Origin: Elusimicrobiota bacterium
GTDB lineage: Bacteria > Elusimicrobiota > Elusimicrobia > UBA1565 > UBA9628
Direction: 5' to 3'
DNA: 64,000 bases
Assembly: GCA_016212825.1 (NCBI GenBank)
Contig: JACRDS010000052.1
Span: forward strand, 424-64,423
The notes below the pieces were generated by a model. That model saw only the letters and a list, made by a program, of their open reading frames with translations, was not told where the DNA came from and ran no database searches. The stretch's first letter is position 1; each line of letters starts with the position of its first letter. The position numbers and the translations under genes were made by a program. This document shows, one piece after another, positions 43,299 to 52,270 of this stretch.

Positions 43299-45619
43299 CG
43301 CGGCGTGGGCGTCCCCGCCAGGGCCTCCCGGAGTCGGCGGCTGGCGGGAACGTCCTTCCGGATACCGGACTGGGTCAGGCCCGCGGCGTAGGCGCGCCGG
43401 GCGCCCTTGACGTCGCCCATGCCCGCGCGCAGGGCTCCCAGGGTCAGGTAGGCGTCGCCCTGGTCCGGGTCCAAGGCGATGGCGCGCTCCAGGGCGGCCT
43501 GGGCCTGCCAGGGGCGGCCCGCGAGGGCCGCCAGGACCCCCTTGTTCTTGAGGAGCCCGGGGTCGCGGGGGGCGAGGGCGAGGGCCTCGTCGAACAGGGC
43601 CAGCGCCTCGTCGATGCGCCCCAGGCGCCGCAGGGCGTCGGCCACGAGCGCCAGGCGGCGGGGGGGAAGCCTCCGGCCCCGGGCGCGGGCCACGCACTCC
43701 TGGATCAGGGGCCGGTCTCCGATGGCCAGCGCGACGCGCAGGGTCGTGAGGAGCAGGGAGTCCTCGATCTCCTCGCGGCGCAGAGCCGGACGCAGGACCG
43801 CCAGGGCCTCTCGGATGCGGCCCGCGGTCTCCAGGTCCTCGGCGTTCCTTTGCGCGAGGAAGTCCGCGGTGAGCGCGGCCGGCGGCGGGCCGGCCGGGGG
43901 CGCTGGCGCGAGCTCGTAGTCGGTGGAGGCCGCCTGCGGCCGTGACAGGAAGGCAGCGACCTCGGGGAGGCGCGGCTGGGCGGCGGCGAGGTTCGCGAGG
44001 AGACGGTCCGCTTCCACGCGCCGACCGAGGCCGCGCAGGGCCAGGGCCTTGTAGAGGTTCCAGGAGCGCATCTCCGGCACGCCGCGCAGGGCCTCGTCGA
44101 AGAGCATCAGGGCGCGGCCCAACTCTCCGGCCCGGCGGTAAGTCTCGGCGGCGTGCGCCAGGCCGAAGGCCCAACGGCGGTCGAACTCGCCGGCGCTGGC
44201 CCGGGTCCAGGCGTTATCCTGGACGAGCTTCCGGGAGGCTTCCTTGCGCAGGGGCATGGCGGCGAACTCCGCGGGGTCGAGCCGGCGCAGGTCATCGAGC
44301 GCCGTGAGCCAGGATTCGCAGAGGAGCGGGGAGCATTTGCCGCTCTCCCAGACGGCCCAGTTGAGCCGTTTTTCCCAGTCATCTCTCAACTCCTTCCGAT
44401 CGGGCCGTGGAACTCCCAGGGAGGAGCCCTCGCGCGCGAGCCAGCCTGCGTCGATGGGGCCCTTGGCCGCCGCGGGGCTGGAGACCAGGGCCCGGGCGAT
44501 GGCGTGCGAGACCAGGGGGTCGAGGTAGCGGTTCCAATGCGTGGAGTCCTGGTAGATGAGGCCGCCTTCCAGGGCGTAGGGCAGACCGTCGAACGCTGCC
44601 TCCAGGTCGGCGAGAGGCGCACCCAGCTGCGCCGCGGTCTCGCGGATGACGGGGTTGGCGTCCCAGGGCGCGCGGCAGACCTTCGCGGCCGCGAACTCGC
44701 GCCGGGCCCCGGAGGCGTCCCCCAACTCCCGCAGGCTGCGCGCCAGGTGGAAGTGTCCGAGGTCGTCAGACCGTTGCGCGATGTGGCCTCGCCAGAAACC
44801 GGCGGCCGCGGCCATCTCCCGCTTTCCGGAGAAGTCCCAGATCTTGAGGTTCTCGGGGCGCCACAGCCAGGCCGGGATGGCGTCGGGCGGCGGGTTGTCC
44901 AGCCGTCGGGGCAGCGTGCACAGCACCGTGGCGGCGCCCGCGCGCCGCGCCGCGCGGACCATGGCGCGCAGGTTCTGAGCGAAAGAGGGCGGCAGGGTGG
45001 CGGGCAGCCGGGCGGCGCGATCGGGCGCTCGCGGCGGGTAGGGACGGCCCAGCCAGCGGCGCAGGCGCAGGGCCAGGATGAGCCGCGCCGAAGGCGGAGC
45101 GGCGTCGGTGCGCATCTCGTTGTTGCCGCTCATGAGCACGAAGAGGTCGGGGGCGTAGCGCACGATCTCATCGGCCACCAGCTTCTCGCGGTAGCTGTCG
45201 TATGCGCCCATCCCGCAATGGACCACTTCGACCTGACGGCCGGGGAGGAGCCGGCCCAGGACGTCCTGCAAGGTCCGGCCGGGGATGCGCGCCGGGGCGG
45301 AGTCGTACTGGGCCGCCACGGAGCCGCCGATGACGAAGACGCGGAAGGTGTCCGAGGATTTCTCGACCGGGAAGCTGGTGCGCCGGGCGAAGGGGCGCCG
45401 GGTGACGTAGCGGGCCCGCCCGTCCGGCCCGGTCTCCCGGGCGAAGAAGGGGTCGTAGATGTCGAGGTACCAGTAGCCGGTGTCCGTGAACGCGGGCTGG
45501 GAGGGGGGCGGGGCCGGGGCGCGGCGCCGCAGCAGCGGGAGGGCGAACAGGACCGCCGCCAGGAGGGCCAGGGCGGCGACAATCAGAGGCCGGAACGGCG
45601 TCCGGGGAGAGGCCTGCAT
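43295..45619 (-). CDS. membrane-anchored SGNH/GDSL-like hydrolase domain fused to TPR repeats
   Basis: N-terminal TM helix. FVIGGS (block I), MSGNNE (block III) and QDSTHW (block V) motifs. The C-terminal ~300 aa are TPR-like. Confidence 0.6.
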   Translation of the reverse strand: MQASPRTPFRPLIVAALALLAAVLFALPLLRRRAPAPPPSQPAFTDTGYWYLDIYDPFFARETGPDGRARYVTRRPFARRTSFPVEKSSDTFRVFVIGGSVAAQYDSAPARIPGRTLQDVLGRLLPGRQVEVVHCGMGAYDSYREKLVADEIVRYAPDLFVLMSGNNEMRTDAAPPSARLILALRLRRWLGRPYPPRAPDRAARLPATLPPSFAQNLRAMVRAARRAGAATVLCTLPRRLDNPPPDAIPAWLWRPENLKIWDFSGKREMAAAAGFWRGHIAQRSDDLGHFHLARSLRELGDASGARREFAAAKVCRAPWDANPVIRETAAQLGAPLADLEAAFDGLPYALEGGLIYQDSTHWNRYLDPLVSHAIARALVSSPAAAKGPIDAGWLAREGSSLGVPRPDRKELRDDWEKRLNWAVWESGKCSPLLCESWLTALDDLRRLDPAEFAAMPLRKEASRKLVQDNAWTRASAGEFDRRWAFGLAHAAETYRRAGELGRALMLFDEALRGVPEMRSWNLYKALALRGLGRRVEADRLLANLAAAQPRLPEVAAFLSRPQAASTDYELAPAPPAGPPPAALTADFLAQRNAEDLETAGRIREALAVLRPALRREEIEDSLLLTTLRVALAIGDRPLIQECVARARGRRLPPRRLALVADALRRLGRIDEALALFDEALALAPRDPGLLKNKGVLAALAGRPWQAQAALERAIALDPDQGDAYLTLGALRAGMGDVKGARRAYAAGLTQSGIRKDVPASRRLREALAGTPTPR

Positions 45620-45665
45620 CCAGCTGATATTATAGCCTCTCTAGGACCGTGCCGGCGGGAGAAGC

Positions 45666-45694
45666 GGCATGGGGCGATTCAAGGGCCCCATGCC
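45666..45694 (-). terminator. 10-bp perfect GC-rich hairpin after the pilin gene
   Basis: GGCATGGGGC (45666-45675) pairs with GCCCCATGCC (45685-45694), 15 nt past the stop at 45709. No U-tract. Confidence 0.5.
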
Positions 45695-45708
45695 GTCTCC
45701 CGAGTTGT

Positions 45709-45894
45709 TCAGCTGGCGCCCAACTGGTTCACGGCTCCCAGGATAAGGATACTGACCTTATCGAATATATTCGGCATGAACCTCTTCATGGCGACGCCGG
45801 AGATGAGGACGACCCCGACGACCACGCTCAGCATGAGAAGATATTCGACCGTGTTTTGGCCCTTGCGGCGGGTGAGTAAGCCTTTCCAGTACAT
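45709..45894 (-). CDS. Flp/Fap-type pilin-like protein
   Basis: 61 aa. Basic leader then G-QNTVEY-LLMLSVVVGVVLI, matching the Flp G/xxxxEY processing motif plus hydrophobic helix. GGAGG SD upstream. Confidence 0.6.
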   Translation of the reverse strand: MYWKGLLTRRKGQNTVEYLLMLSVVVGVVLISGVAMKRFMPNIFDKVSILILGAVNQLGAS

Positions 45895-45981
45895 GAGACC
45901 TCCAGAGCGGCTGTCTCGCTCGTCGACTCAGACACAGACCAGCCTGGAAAGGTTCTTGGAGAATGGTAAATTTTTGGTTAC

Positions 45982-46371
45982 TTAATGGCCCTGCCCAAGC
46001 GATCCTGCCGCGCCAGAGATCATGGTTTGAATCTGGCTGAAGAGCCCAGGCATGAACCGCTTGAGCGCTACTCCTGAGACCAATACGACGCCGACCACCA
46101 TGGCAATAGCGAGCACATACTCCAACGGGTGCAGTGGCTCGAATCGCCTGACTGCGGGCCGCAGGCGGCGGAGGGCTTTTCCCAGCAGGCTGGGGGGAAG
46201 CGGTTCGAGGGCATGCCTCCGGAAGGCGGCGCTAGCTCTCTTGAGCCGTTCCAACTCTTTGGTGCAGGCGGCGCAGGAGCCCAGATGCGCGGCGACCTGA
46301 GCCCGGCGTTCAGCCGGCAGTTCTCCGTCGAGGAAGGCGGAGAGGTCTTCTACGCTGAAATCATGCGCCAT
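45982..46371 (-). CDS. zinc-binding anti-sigma factor (zf-HC2) with Flp-pilin-like C-terminal segment
   Basis: H-x3-C-x2-C motif (HLGSCAAC) near the N-terminus. The last ~50 aa are paralogous to the pilin at 45709-45894. Start overlaps the sigma gene by 11 nt. Confidence 0.7.
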   Translation of the reverse strand: MAHDFSVEDLSAFLDGELPAERRAQVAAHLGSCAACTKELERLKRASAAFRRHALEPLPPSLLGKALRRLRPAVRRFEPLHPLEYVLAIAMVVGVVLVSGVALKRFMPGLFSQIQTMISGAAGSLGQGH

Positions 46372-46894
46372 CCATCCCTCCCTCGAGCCGCTCGGCCAAT
46401 AAGGCGCGCGCCCTCACCAGGCGCGACTTGACTGTTCCCAAAGGGATGCCCAAAGACTCCGCTATCTCGGCGTAGCTGCGGCCGTCGAGCTCGCGTAAGA
46501 CCAAGACAGCCCTTTCTTCCGGCGTCAGTTCTGCCAAGGCCGATTCGATGCGGGCCTTCAGGTCCGCGGCTTCGGCCTGGGCTTCTGGCCCCGGAATAGC
46601 TTCCGGGCAGTCGACCGGCTCGGAGGCCACTGACTCGGGGTCGTCGTCTGTCCCGAAGAACCTCAAGAAGCGCCATCTCGCCTTGGCGCGCAGGAGGTTC
46701 TTCCAGGCGTTCACGGTGATCCGGTAGACCCAGGTGCCGGGATCGGCTTCGCCGCGGAAGCCGGGCAGGCCCTGCACCGCCTTGAGCAGCGACTCCTGGG
46801 TCAGGTCCTCGGCCTCCGTGCGGTCGCCGGTCAGGCGCAGGGCCAGGTTGTAGACCATGGCCGCGTAGCGCTCGACCAGCTCTTCCGGCGTCAT
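46361..46894 (-). CDS. ECF (group IV) sigma-70 factor
   Basis: Region 2 (MVYNLALRLTGDRTEAEDLTQESLLKA) and region 4 (GRSYAEIAESLGIPLGTVKSRL). Confidence 0.9.
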   Translation of the reverse strand: MTPEELVERYAAMVYNLALRLTGDRTEAEDLTQESLLKAVQGLPGFRGEADPGTWVYRITVNAWKNLLRAKARWRFLRFFGTDDDPESVASEPVDCPEAIPGPEAQAEAADLKARIESALAELTPEERAVLVLRELDGRSYAEIAESLGIPLGTVKSRLVRARALLAERLEGGMDGA

Positions 46895-46929
46895 CTCAGA
46901 CCCGGCTGAAGGGAGGAAAGTTCTCGGGC

Positions 46930-47091
46930 CTAGCTCTCCGGCTCGAACATGTCCTTGCCCACGCCGCAGACGGGGCAGGTCCAGTCCTCGGGGAGCTTCT
47001 CGAAGGGCGTGCCGGGGGCGATGCCGTGCTCCGGGTCGCCCGCCGCCGGGTCGTAGACGTAGCCGCAGGGGGTGCAGACGTATTTCTTCAT
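46930..47091 (-). CDS. rd: rubredoxin
   Basis: 53 aa with two CxxC pairs ([10 protein letters not shown]...WTCPVCG). ATGA overlap with fprA. Confidence 0.92.
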   Translation of the reverse strand: MKKYVCTPCGYVYDPAAGDPEHGIAPGTPFEKLPEDWTCPVCGVGKDMFEPES

Positions 47092-48284
47092 CTCAAGGCC
47101 TCCTTCAGTTTGGCCGCGACCTTCTGGCCGAGCCCGCGGGCGGCTTCCAGGGCCGCCGCGTCCGGGACATATTGGCATTTCAGGGGCTCCACCGTCGCCA
47201 CCCCCATCTCGGTCAGCGCGTCCTGCACCAGCTTGACCGATTCCCCGGCCCAGCCGTAGGAGGCGAAGGCCGCGCCCACCAGGTTCTTGCGGCGCAGGCC
47301 CTTGAGGTAGCTCAGGCAGTCGGCCACGGTCGGGAACATCTGCTTGTTGATGGTGGGCGAGCCGACCAGCAGGGCTCCGGCTTCCAGCAGCTCCGTGGCC
47401 ACGTCGCTGCGGTGGCTGCCGCGCAGGGGCATGACCACCGTGTGCACGCCGGCTTCGATGAGGCTGTCGGCGATGGTGCGCGCCAGCTTGTCGGTCGAGC
47501 CCCACATGGTGTCGAAGACCACCACGGCCTTGTTGGCAGGCTTCTGCCGGGCCCAGCCCTCCCAGAGCGAGACGATCCTGGCCATGTCCTTGCGGTAGAT
47601 GGGGCCGTGGTCCGGGGCGATCATCCTCGGCTTGATGCCGGACTTGGCCACCTTGTCGAGCACGGCCAGCACGATGTCCGAGAAAGGCAGCAGGATGTTG
47701 GCGTAGTACTTGGCCGCCTCGTACCGCCAGTCCGGGGTCTCGTCGTCGAAGCGAAGGTCCGAGGCGAGGTGCATGCCGAAGCCGTCGTTGGAGAAGAGGA
47801 TGCCGGCTCCCTCCAGGTAGGAGAACATGCTGTCCGGCCAGTGCACCATGCGCGTCTCCATGAAGCGCAGGCTCTCGCCGCCCAGATCCAGGACCTCGCC
47901 CTCCTTCACCGCCTGGACCTGCGTGTCCCAATGGAAGTGCGCCTGCAGCGCCTTGACCCCCATGGCCGAGGCGAAGACCTTCTCCGGCTTGACCAGCTCC
48001 AGCAGCTGGGGCAGGCAGCCCGAGTGGTCCATCTCCGAGTGGTCGGACACGACGTACTTGATGGACTTCGGGTCGCAGACCGAGGCGATGCGGGCCATCA
48101 GCTCGTCGTGGAACTGGGCCTTGACCGTGTCGATGAGGGTCGGCTTGTCCGCCATGACCAGATAGGCGTTGTAGGTGGTGCCGCGGCTGGTGGCGTAGCC
48201 GTGGAAGTCGCGGATGTCCCAGTCGATGGCTCCCACCCAGTAGACCTTGTCCGTCACCTTCACGGCTTGGAACGGGCCTTTCAT
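47088..48284 (-). CDS. fprA: flavodiiron protein (FprA / rubredoxin:oxygen oxidoreductase type)
   Basis: Metallo-beta-lactamase-like diiron motif (DHSEMDHSG) followed by a flavodoxin-like domain ([15 protein letters not shown]). AGGAGA SD upstream. Confidence 0.9.
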   Translation of the reverse strand: MKGPFQAVKVTDKVYWVGAIDWDIRDFHGYATSRGTTYNAYLVMADKPTLIDTVKAQFHDELMARIASVCDPKSIKYVVSDHSEMDHSGCLPQLLELVKPEKVFASAMGVKALQAHFHWDTQVQAVKEGEVLDLGGESLRFMETRMVHWPDSMFSYLEGAGILFSNDGFGMHLASDLRFDDETPDWRYEAAKYYANILLPFSDIVLAVLDKVAKSGIKPRMIAPDHGPIYRKDMARIVSLWEGWARQKPANKAVVVFDTMWGSTDKLARTIADSLIEAGVHTVVMPLRGSHRSDVATELLEAGALLVGSPTINKQMFPTVADCLSYLKGLRRKNLVGAAFASYGWAGESVKLVQDALTEMGVATVEPLKCQYVPDAAALEAARGLGQKVAAKLKEALR

Positions 48285-48292
48285 AGCTTCTC

Positions 48293-49189
48293 CTATTTGA
48301 AACCCAGGGGGATCTGCTCGAGCTCCAGGGCTACCCCGGTCTTGGCGCGCACGGCCTCGCGCACCTTCTCGATGAGCGTCATCACGTCGGCGGCCGTGGC
48401 GCCGCCGAGGTTGACGATGAAGCCCGCGTGCTTGGGGGAGACCTGCGCCCGGCCGACGGTGAGCCCCTTGAGCCCGCAGGAATCGATGAGCCGCGAGGCG
48501 AAATCCCCCGGCGGGCGCTTGAACACGCTGCCGGCCGAGGGGTATTCCAGGGGCTGCTTCTCGGCCCGGGCGCGCAGGGTCTGCTCGCGCGTCTGGCGCA
48601 GGCGGCCCTGGTCGTCCGGCGACAATCCCCATTCGGCGGACAGGAAGACCAGCCCCTCGACGCCTTCCACCCGGCGGTAGCCGAAGCGGGTCTCGGCCTT
48701 GGAGCGGCGCACCAGGCGGCCCTCCGGGTCCAGGGCCGAGTAGGAGACCAGATGCTCGTAGGTCTCCTGGCCGAAGGCCCCGGCGTTGATCCAGAGCGCG
48801 CCGCCCACGGTGCCGGGGATGCCGGACATCTTCTCCATGCCGCCCAGCCCGGCATCCACCGCTTTCGACACGACCATGTCGAGGCTGGCGCCGGCCTCGG
48901 ACCTCACCCGCGTCCCGGAGATGGAGCAGGTCTCCATCCGGAGCGTGCAGGCGGTGATCCCAGGCAGGCCGATATCGCTCACGATGACGTTGGCGCCGTG
49001 GCCCAGGACCGTCAGCGGCAGGCCGCGGCGCCGCACGAAGGCCAGCAGCCAGGCCCACTCCTCCTGGGAGACGGGGAAGACGAGGCTTTCCGCCGGTCCG
49101 CCCAGCCGGAACGTGGTGTGGCGCGACAGCGGCTCGCCGGGCAGGCAGCGGTCCTGGTACCGTCCCTTGAGTTCGCCGAGCCAGTCCAT
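48293..49189 (-). CDS. murB: UDP-N-acetylenolpyruvoylglucosamine reductase
   Basis: [36 protein letters not shown] and GSVFKRP motifs. Confidence 0.9.
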   Translation of the reverse strand: MDWLGELKGRYQDRCLPGEPLSRHTTFRLGGPAESLVFPVSQEEWAWLLAFVRRRGLPLTVLGHGANVIVSDIGLPGITACTLRMETCSISGTRVRSEAGASLDMVVSKAVDAGLGGMEKMSGIPGTVGGALWINAGAFGQETYEHLVSYSALDPEGRLVRRSKAETRFGYRRVEGVEGLVFLSAEWGLSPDDQGRLRQTREQTLRARAEKQPLEYPSAGSVFKRPPGDFASRLIDSCGLKGLTVGRAQVSPKHAGFIVNLGGATAADVMTLIEKVREAVRAKTGVALELEQIPLGFK

Positions 49190-49216
49190 GCCTCCAGTCT
49201 ATAAAATCGGCGATTC

Positions 49217-49309
49217 GGTGTCAGGCTTTCACGAAGTTCACACTCTATCTGTTAAGTTTGTGAAAGCCTGACACCGCTTCAGTCGTGAGGTCCGTGAAAG
49301 CCTGACACC
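49217..49309. repeat. family-1 palindromic element, copy C, plus an additional right-arm half-copy
   Basis: Full palindrome at 49217-49275. A second GTGAAAGCCTGACACC at 49294-49309. Located between divergent genes. Confidence 0.8.
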
Positions 49310-49335
49310 ATCATTGTGGTAAGATAGTCATCGTC

Positions 49336-49770
49336 ATGCTTGAGACGAGGCTGGGGGTCCTGATCCTGGGCGGCCTCCTGCCCCTGCTGGCCGGGTGCTC
49401 CACGGCTCCCGTTCCTTCCGAGTTCGGCGACGTCCCGGCCCCGCGCGTCCGTCCGGTGGTGAAGAAGCGCCTCAACTGCAGGGACGAGCGCTCCATACGC
49501 GACTTCAAGGATTTCACTCTCTCCGAGGTCCAGGGGGACGCGGACGAGGTGGAGCGCTGGGCCCTGTGCCTGTGCGGGGACGCCTCCCGCAGGGCCGGGG
49601 TCAACGGCATCCGGCCCCGCCCCGCGGACGGCGCCTCCGGCTTCCCTTCCTATGACCTGAGCCGTCCGGAACAGAGCCTGGCGGGCATCCGGGACTGGCT
49701 CAAGGCGCACCTGCCTCTCGATGAAGCTCAGGCCGCCAGGCTCGCCGAGTGCCTCTATGGCCGTCCCTAG
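49336..49770 (+). CDS. hypothetical lipoprotein
   Basis: LLAGC lipobox. TG-n-TAAGAT box at 49317-49325, 10 nt before the ATG. Confidence 0.55.
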   Translation: MLETRLGVLILGGLLPLLAGCSTAPVPSEFGDVPAPRVRPVVKKRLNCRDERSIRDFKDFTLSEVQGDADEVERWALCLCGDASRRAGVNGIRPRPADGASGFPSYDLSRPEQSLAGIRDWLKAHLPLDEAQAARLAECLYGRP

Positions 49771-49778
49771 GCTCCAGG

Positions 49779-51020
49779 ATGCCTGAGGGGGGTCGTTCTC
49801 CGTCCGGGCTGGCGCCCGCCATGGCCTGCATCTCCCTCTCCGCCGCCTTCCTGGTCGGCGGCTACGAGTTCGCCCGCAGCACCGTGGCCTCCCTGTTCAT
49901 CGAGGCCTTCGGCTCCGGCCCCATGCCCTACGCCATGACCCTGGTGCCCGTGCTCATGGCCGCGCTCATCTACTGCTACGGCCGCGTCCTCACCCGCCTG
50001 GGCAGCCTCTGGACCCTGCAGGCCTCTCTGGGCCTCTCGGCCGCGGCCTTCCTGGCCGGCTACGCGGCCCTGCGCACGGGCTGGAAGCCGGTCGTGGCCG
50101 TGCTCTACGTGTTCACCGAGGCCTACATCGTCATCCTGGTCGAGCAGTTCTGGTCGTTCATCAACAGCACCTTGGACCAGGCCCGCGCCAAGACCTTCAA
50201 CGGACCGATACTGGGAGGGGCCTCGGTGGGGCCCGTGCTCGCAGGCCTGGCGGTCAACCGCTACGCGGCCCGCCTGGGCTCCGAGCAGTTCGTCCTGCTG
50301 ACCGGCATGGCCCTCATCCCCGCGGCCGCCCTTTCCTTCGCCGCCTACCGGCTGGCCGGAGAGCCCCGGCCTTCGGCCGCGGAGCGCGGCGTCGGTCCAG
50401 GCCCCCTGCGCCTGCGCCTCATCCTCGAGCACAAGGTCCTGCTCTACATCGCCGGGGTCGTGGCGCTCTCCCAGTTCTTCGCGGCCGCCGCCAACCTGCG
50501 GCTCTATTCGCTGCTGGAGGCGGCCATGCCGGGCAAGGACGCGCGCAGCGCCTACCTGGGGACCTTCTGGGCCTCGGTCAACGGCCTGGCTTTCCTCATG
50601 CAGTTCGTGGCCACGCCCCTGGTCCTGCGGAGGCTGCCGCTGTCCATTATCCTGGTGGGCATACCGCTGGTGCACGTCTGCACCGCGGGACTGATGCTCG
50701 CCCATCCCAGCCTGGCCGTGGCCGCCGCGGCCCTGCTCCTGTTCAAAGGCATCGACTATTCGGTTTTCCGCGCCAGCAAGGAACTGCTCTACATCCCCCT
50801 GCCCTTCGACGCGCGCTACCGCGCCAAGCAGGTGGTGGACGCCTTCAACTACCGCTTCTCCAAGGGCCTGGCCGCGGGCGGGATTTCCTTGGCCAAGGGC
50901 CTGGGTGGCGTCCTGCCCGGCTGGGCCTATCCGGCCATCAGCCTGGCCGCGGCCGGGGCCTGGGTCGCTGCGGCCGTGCCCCTGGCCAGGAAGGCCAGAG
51001 AAGAGTCGGAGAGGAAGTGA
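49779..51020 (+). CDS. 12-TM transporter, TLC (ATP/ADP or NAD exchanger)-like MFS-type
   Basis: About 12 helices. EAYIVILVEQFWSFINS resembles the TLC-family FW.FAN segment. The assignment is tentative. Confidence 0.45.
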   Translation: MPEGGRSPSGLAPAMACISLSAAFLVGGYEFARSTVASLFIEAFGSGPMPYAMTLVPVLMAALIYCYGRVLTRLGSLWTLQASLGLSAAAFLAGYAALRTGWKPVVAVLYVFTEAYIVILVEQFWSFINSTLDQARAKTFNGPILGGASVGPVLAGLAVNRYAARLGSEQFVLLTGMALIPAAALSFAAYRLAGEPRPSAAERGVGPGPLRLRLILEHKVLLYIAGVVALSQFFAAAANLRLYSLLEAAMPGKDARSAYLGTFWASVNGLAFLMQFVATPLVLRRLPLSIILVGIPLVHVCTAGLMLAHPSLAVAAAALLLFKGIDYSVFRASKELLYIPLPFDARYRAKQVVDAFNYRFSKGLAAGGISLAKGLGGVLPGWAYPAISLAAAGAWVAAAVPLARKAREESERK

Positions 51021-52269
51021 CGGCCGCCTGGCTGCTGGTCCTTGGGGCGGTCTCCGCCGCGACCGGCGGGGACACGCTCAAGGGCCTGGATCTGGCCCTC
51101 TACCACGGCCAGGGCATGCGCGACTCCATGCGCTTCCTCATGGACTACTACCGCGACGAGGCGCCCTATCTCGTCCGGCCGGACGTGGACAACGCGGCGC
51201 GCTTCCTCTTGGCCGCCGATGCGGCGGTCTCGCGGCCGTTCGGCTCCGCGAAGAACCTGGAGAGCGTGGAGGAGGCGGCCCGGGCCGGCGCGGACCTGGT
51301 CGCGGTGCTCGACGCCCAGGCTGGCTTCAAGAGGGACCTCCGCCTCGAGAAGCGCGCCCGCGTGGCGCTGCGGGCCGAGTTCCGGGACCTTTCCGGCAAA
51401 CGCCTCGTGGCCCTGGAGGCGGAGAACGTCCAGGCTCCTTTGGTGGACGCCCGGGTGCGGGTGCGCCGCGACCTGTACCGGGAGTTCGCGGCGGCGCTCG
51501 ACGCGGCCGCGGCGGACCTCGAGTCGCGGGTGCGCGCCTCCCCGGAGCTGGCCCTCTTCGCCGCGGTCCGGAGCAGCGGCGCCGCGGCGGGGCCGGGGAC
51601 GGCCGCGCGCGCCCTGAGCTCCGAGGTGGACAACGCATCCTTCCGCCTGCCGGTTGAGCCCACGGCCGTGGCCTGGGTGGCGGGAGTGGAGCGCTACGAG
51701 GACGGCGGCCTGGCTCCGCACGCGGAGCGCGACGCCCTGGCCGTGCGCAACCAGCTCATCGGCCTGGGCTGGCCGGACCGCAACGTGCTCTGGTTCTCCG
51801 GCAGGCGCGCGGAGCGCGCCCAACTGCGCCAGGGCCTGGAGGCCTTCCGTCGCCGCGGCGCGGCCGCGGCCAAGACGTTCCTCTATTTCGCGGGTCGCGC
51901 GGTCACCGACCCTGGGACCGGGCGGACTTCCCTGCTGGCCTGGGACGGCGGCCGGATCCCTCTCGACGATGTCTTGGACGCGGCGCCGGGTGCGGGGGCG
52001 GCGGTGGCCGTGTTCGAGGCCCCGGCCGCCCTGGGCCCGGCGAGACCAGGGGCGTCGATGAAGGGGCGGGCCACGGGACCTTCACCCTGGAACTGCTCAG
52101 GGCCCTGACCGGGGCCGCCGACAAGAAAGGCAGGGTCTCGGCGCGCGCGGCCTTCGACCGTGCCGCGGCCCGGGTGCGCGAGGCTTCGGGCGGGAGCCAG
52201 GGCCCTTCCTGGTCCGCCGGCGCGGGCGCGGACCCTGTGCTGATCGAGGGCTCAGTCCGGGATCGCTGA
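51017..52269 (+). pseudogene. exported caspase-fold (peptidase C14-like) protein lacking the His/Cys dyad; reading frame broken near 52030-52075
   Basis: GTGA-coupled start. The annotated frame stops at 52108. The frame offset by +2 from 52051 continues as GHGTFTLELLRALTGAADKKGRVSARAAFDRAAARV...QGPSW up to the TGA at 52267-52269, which is the canonical caspase C-terminal segment. Confidence 0.55.
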
Positions 52270-52270
52270 G

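Noticed and set aside
45709-45894. Presence of a Tad/Flp pilus assembly locus.
   Set aside because: Only the pilin-like gene and the pilin-like anti-sigma tail are present. No tadA/B/C, rcpA/cpaC or prepilin peptidase gene occurs in the 64 kb, so no pilus system can be claimed from this window.
42408-45985. Long overlapping ORFs: 42408-44174 (minus strand), 44153-45985 (plus strand) and 43280-43945 (plus strand).
   Set aside because: Arg/Pro/Gly-dominated translations overlapping the L,D-transpeptidase and SGNH-TPR genes, which carry real motifs.
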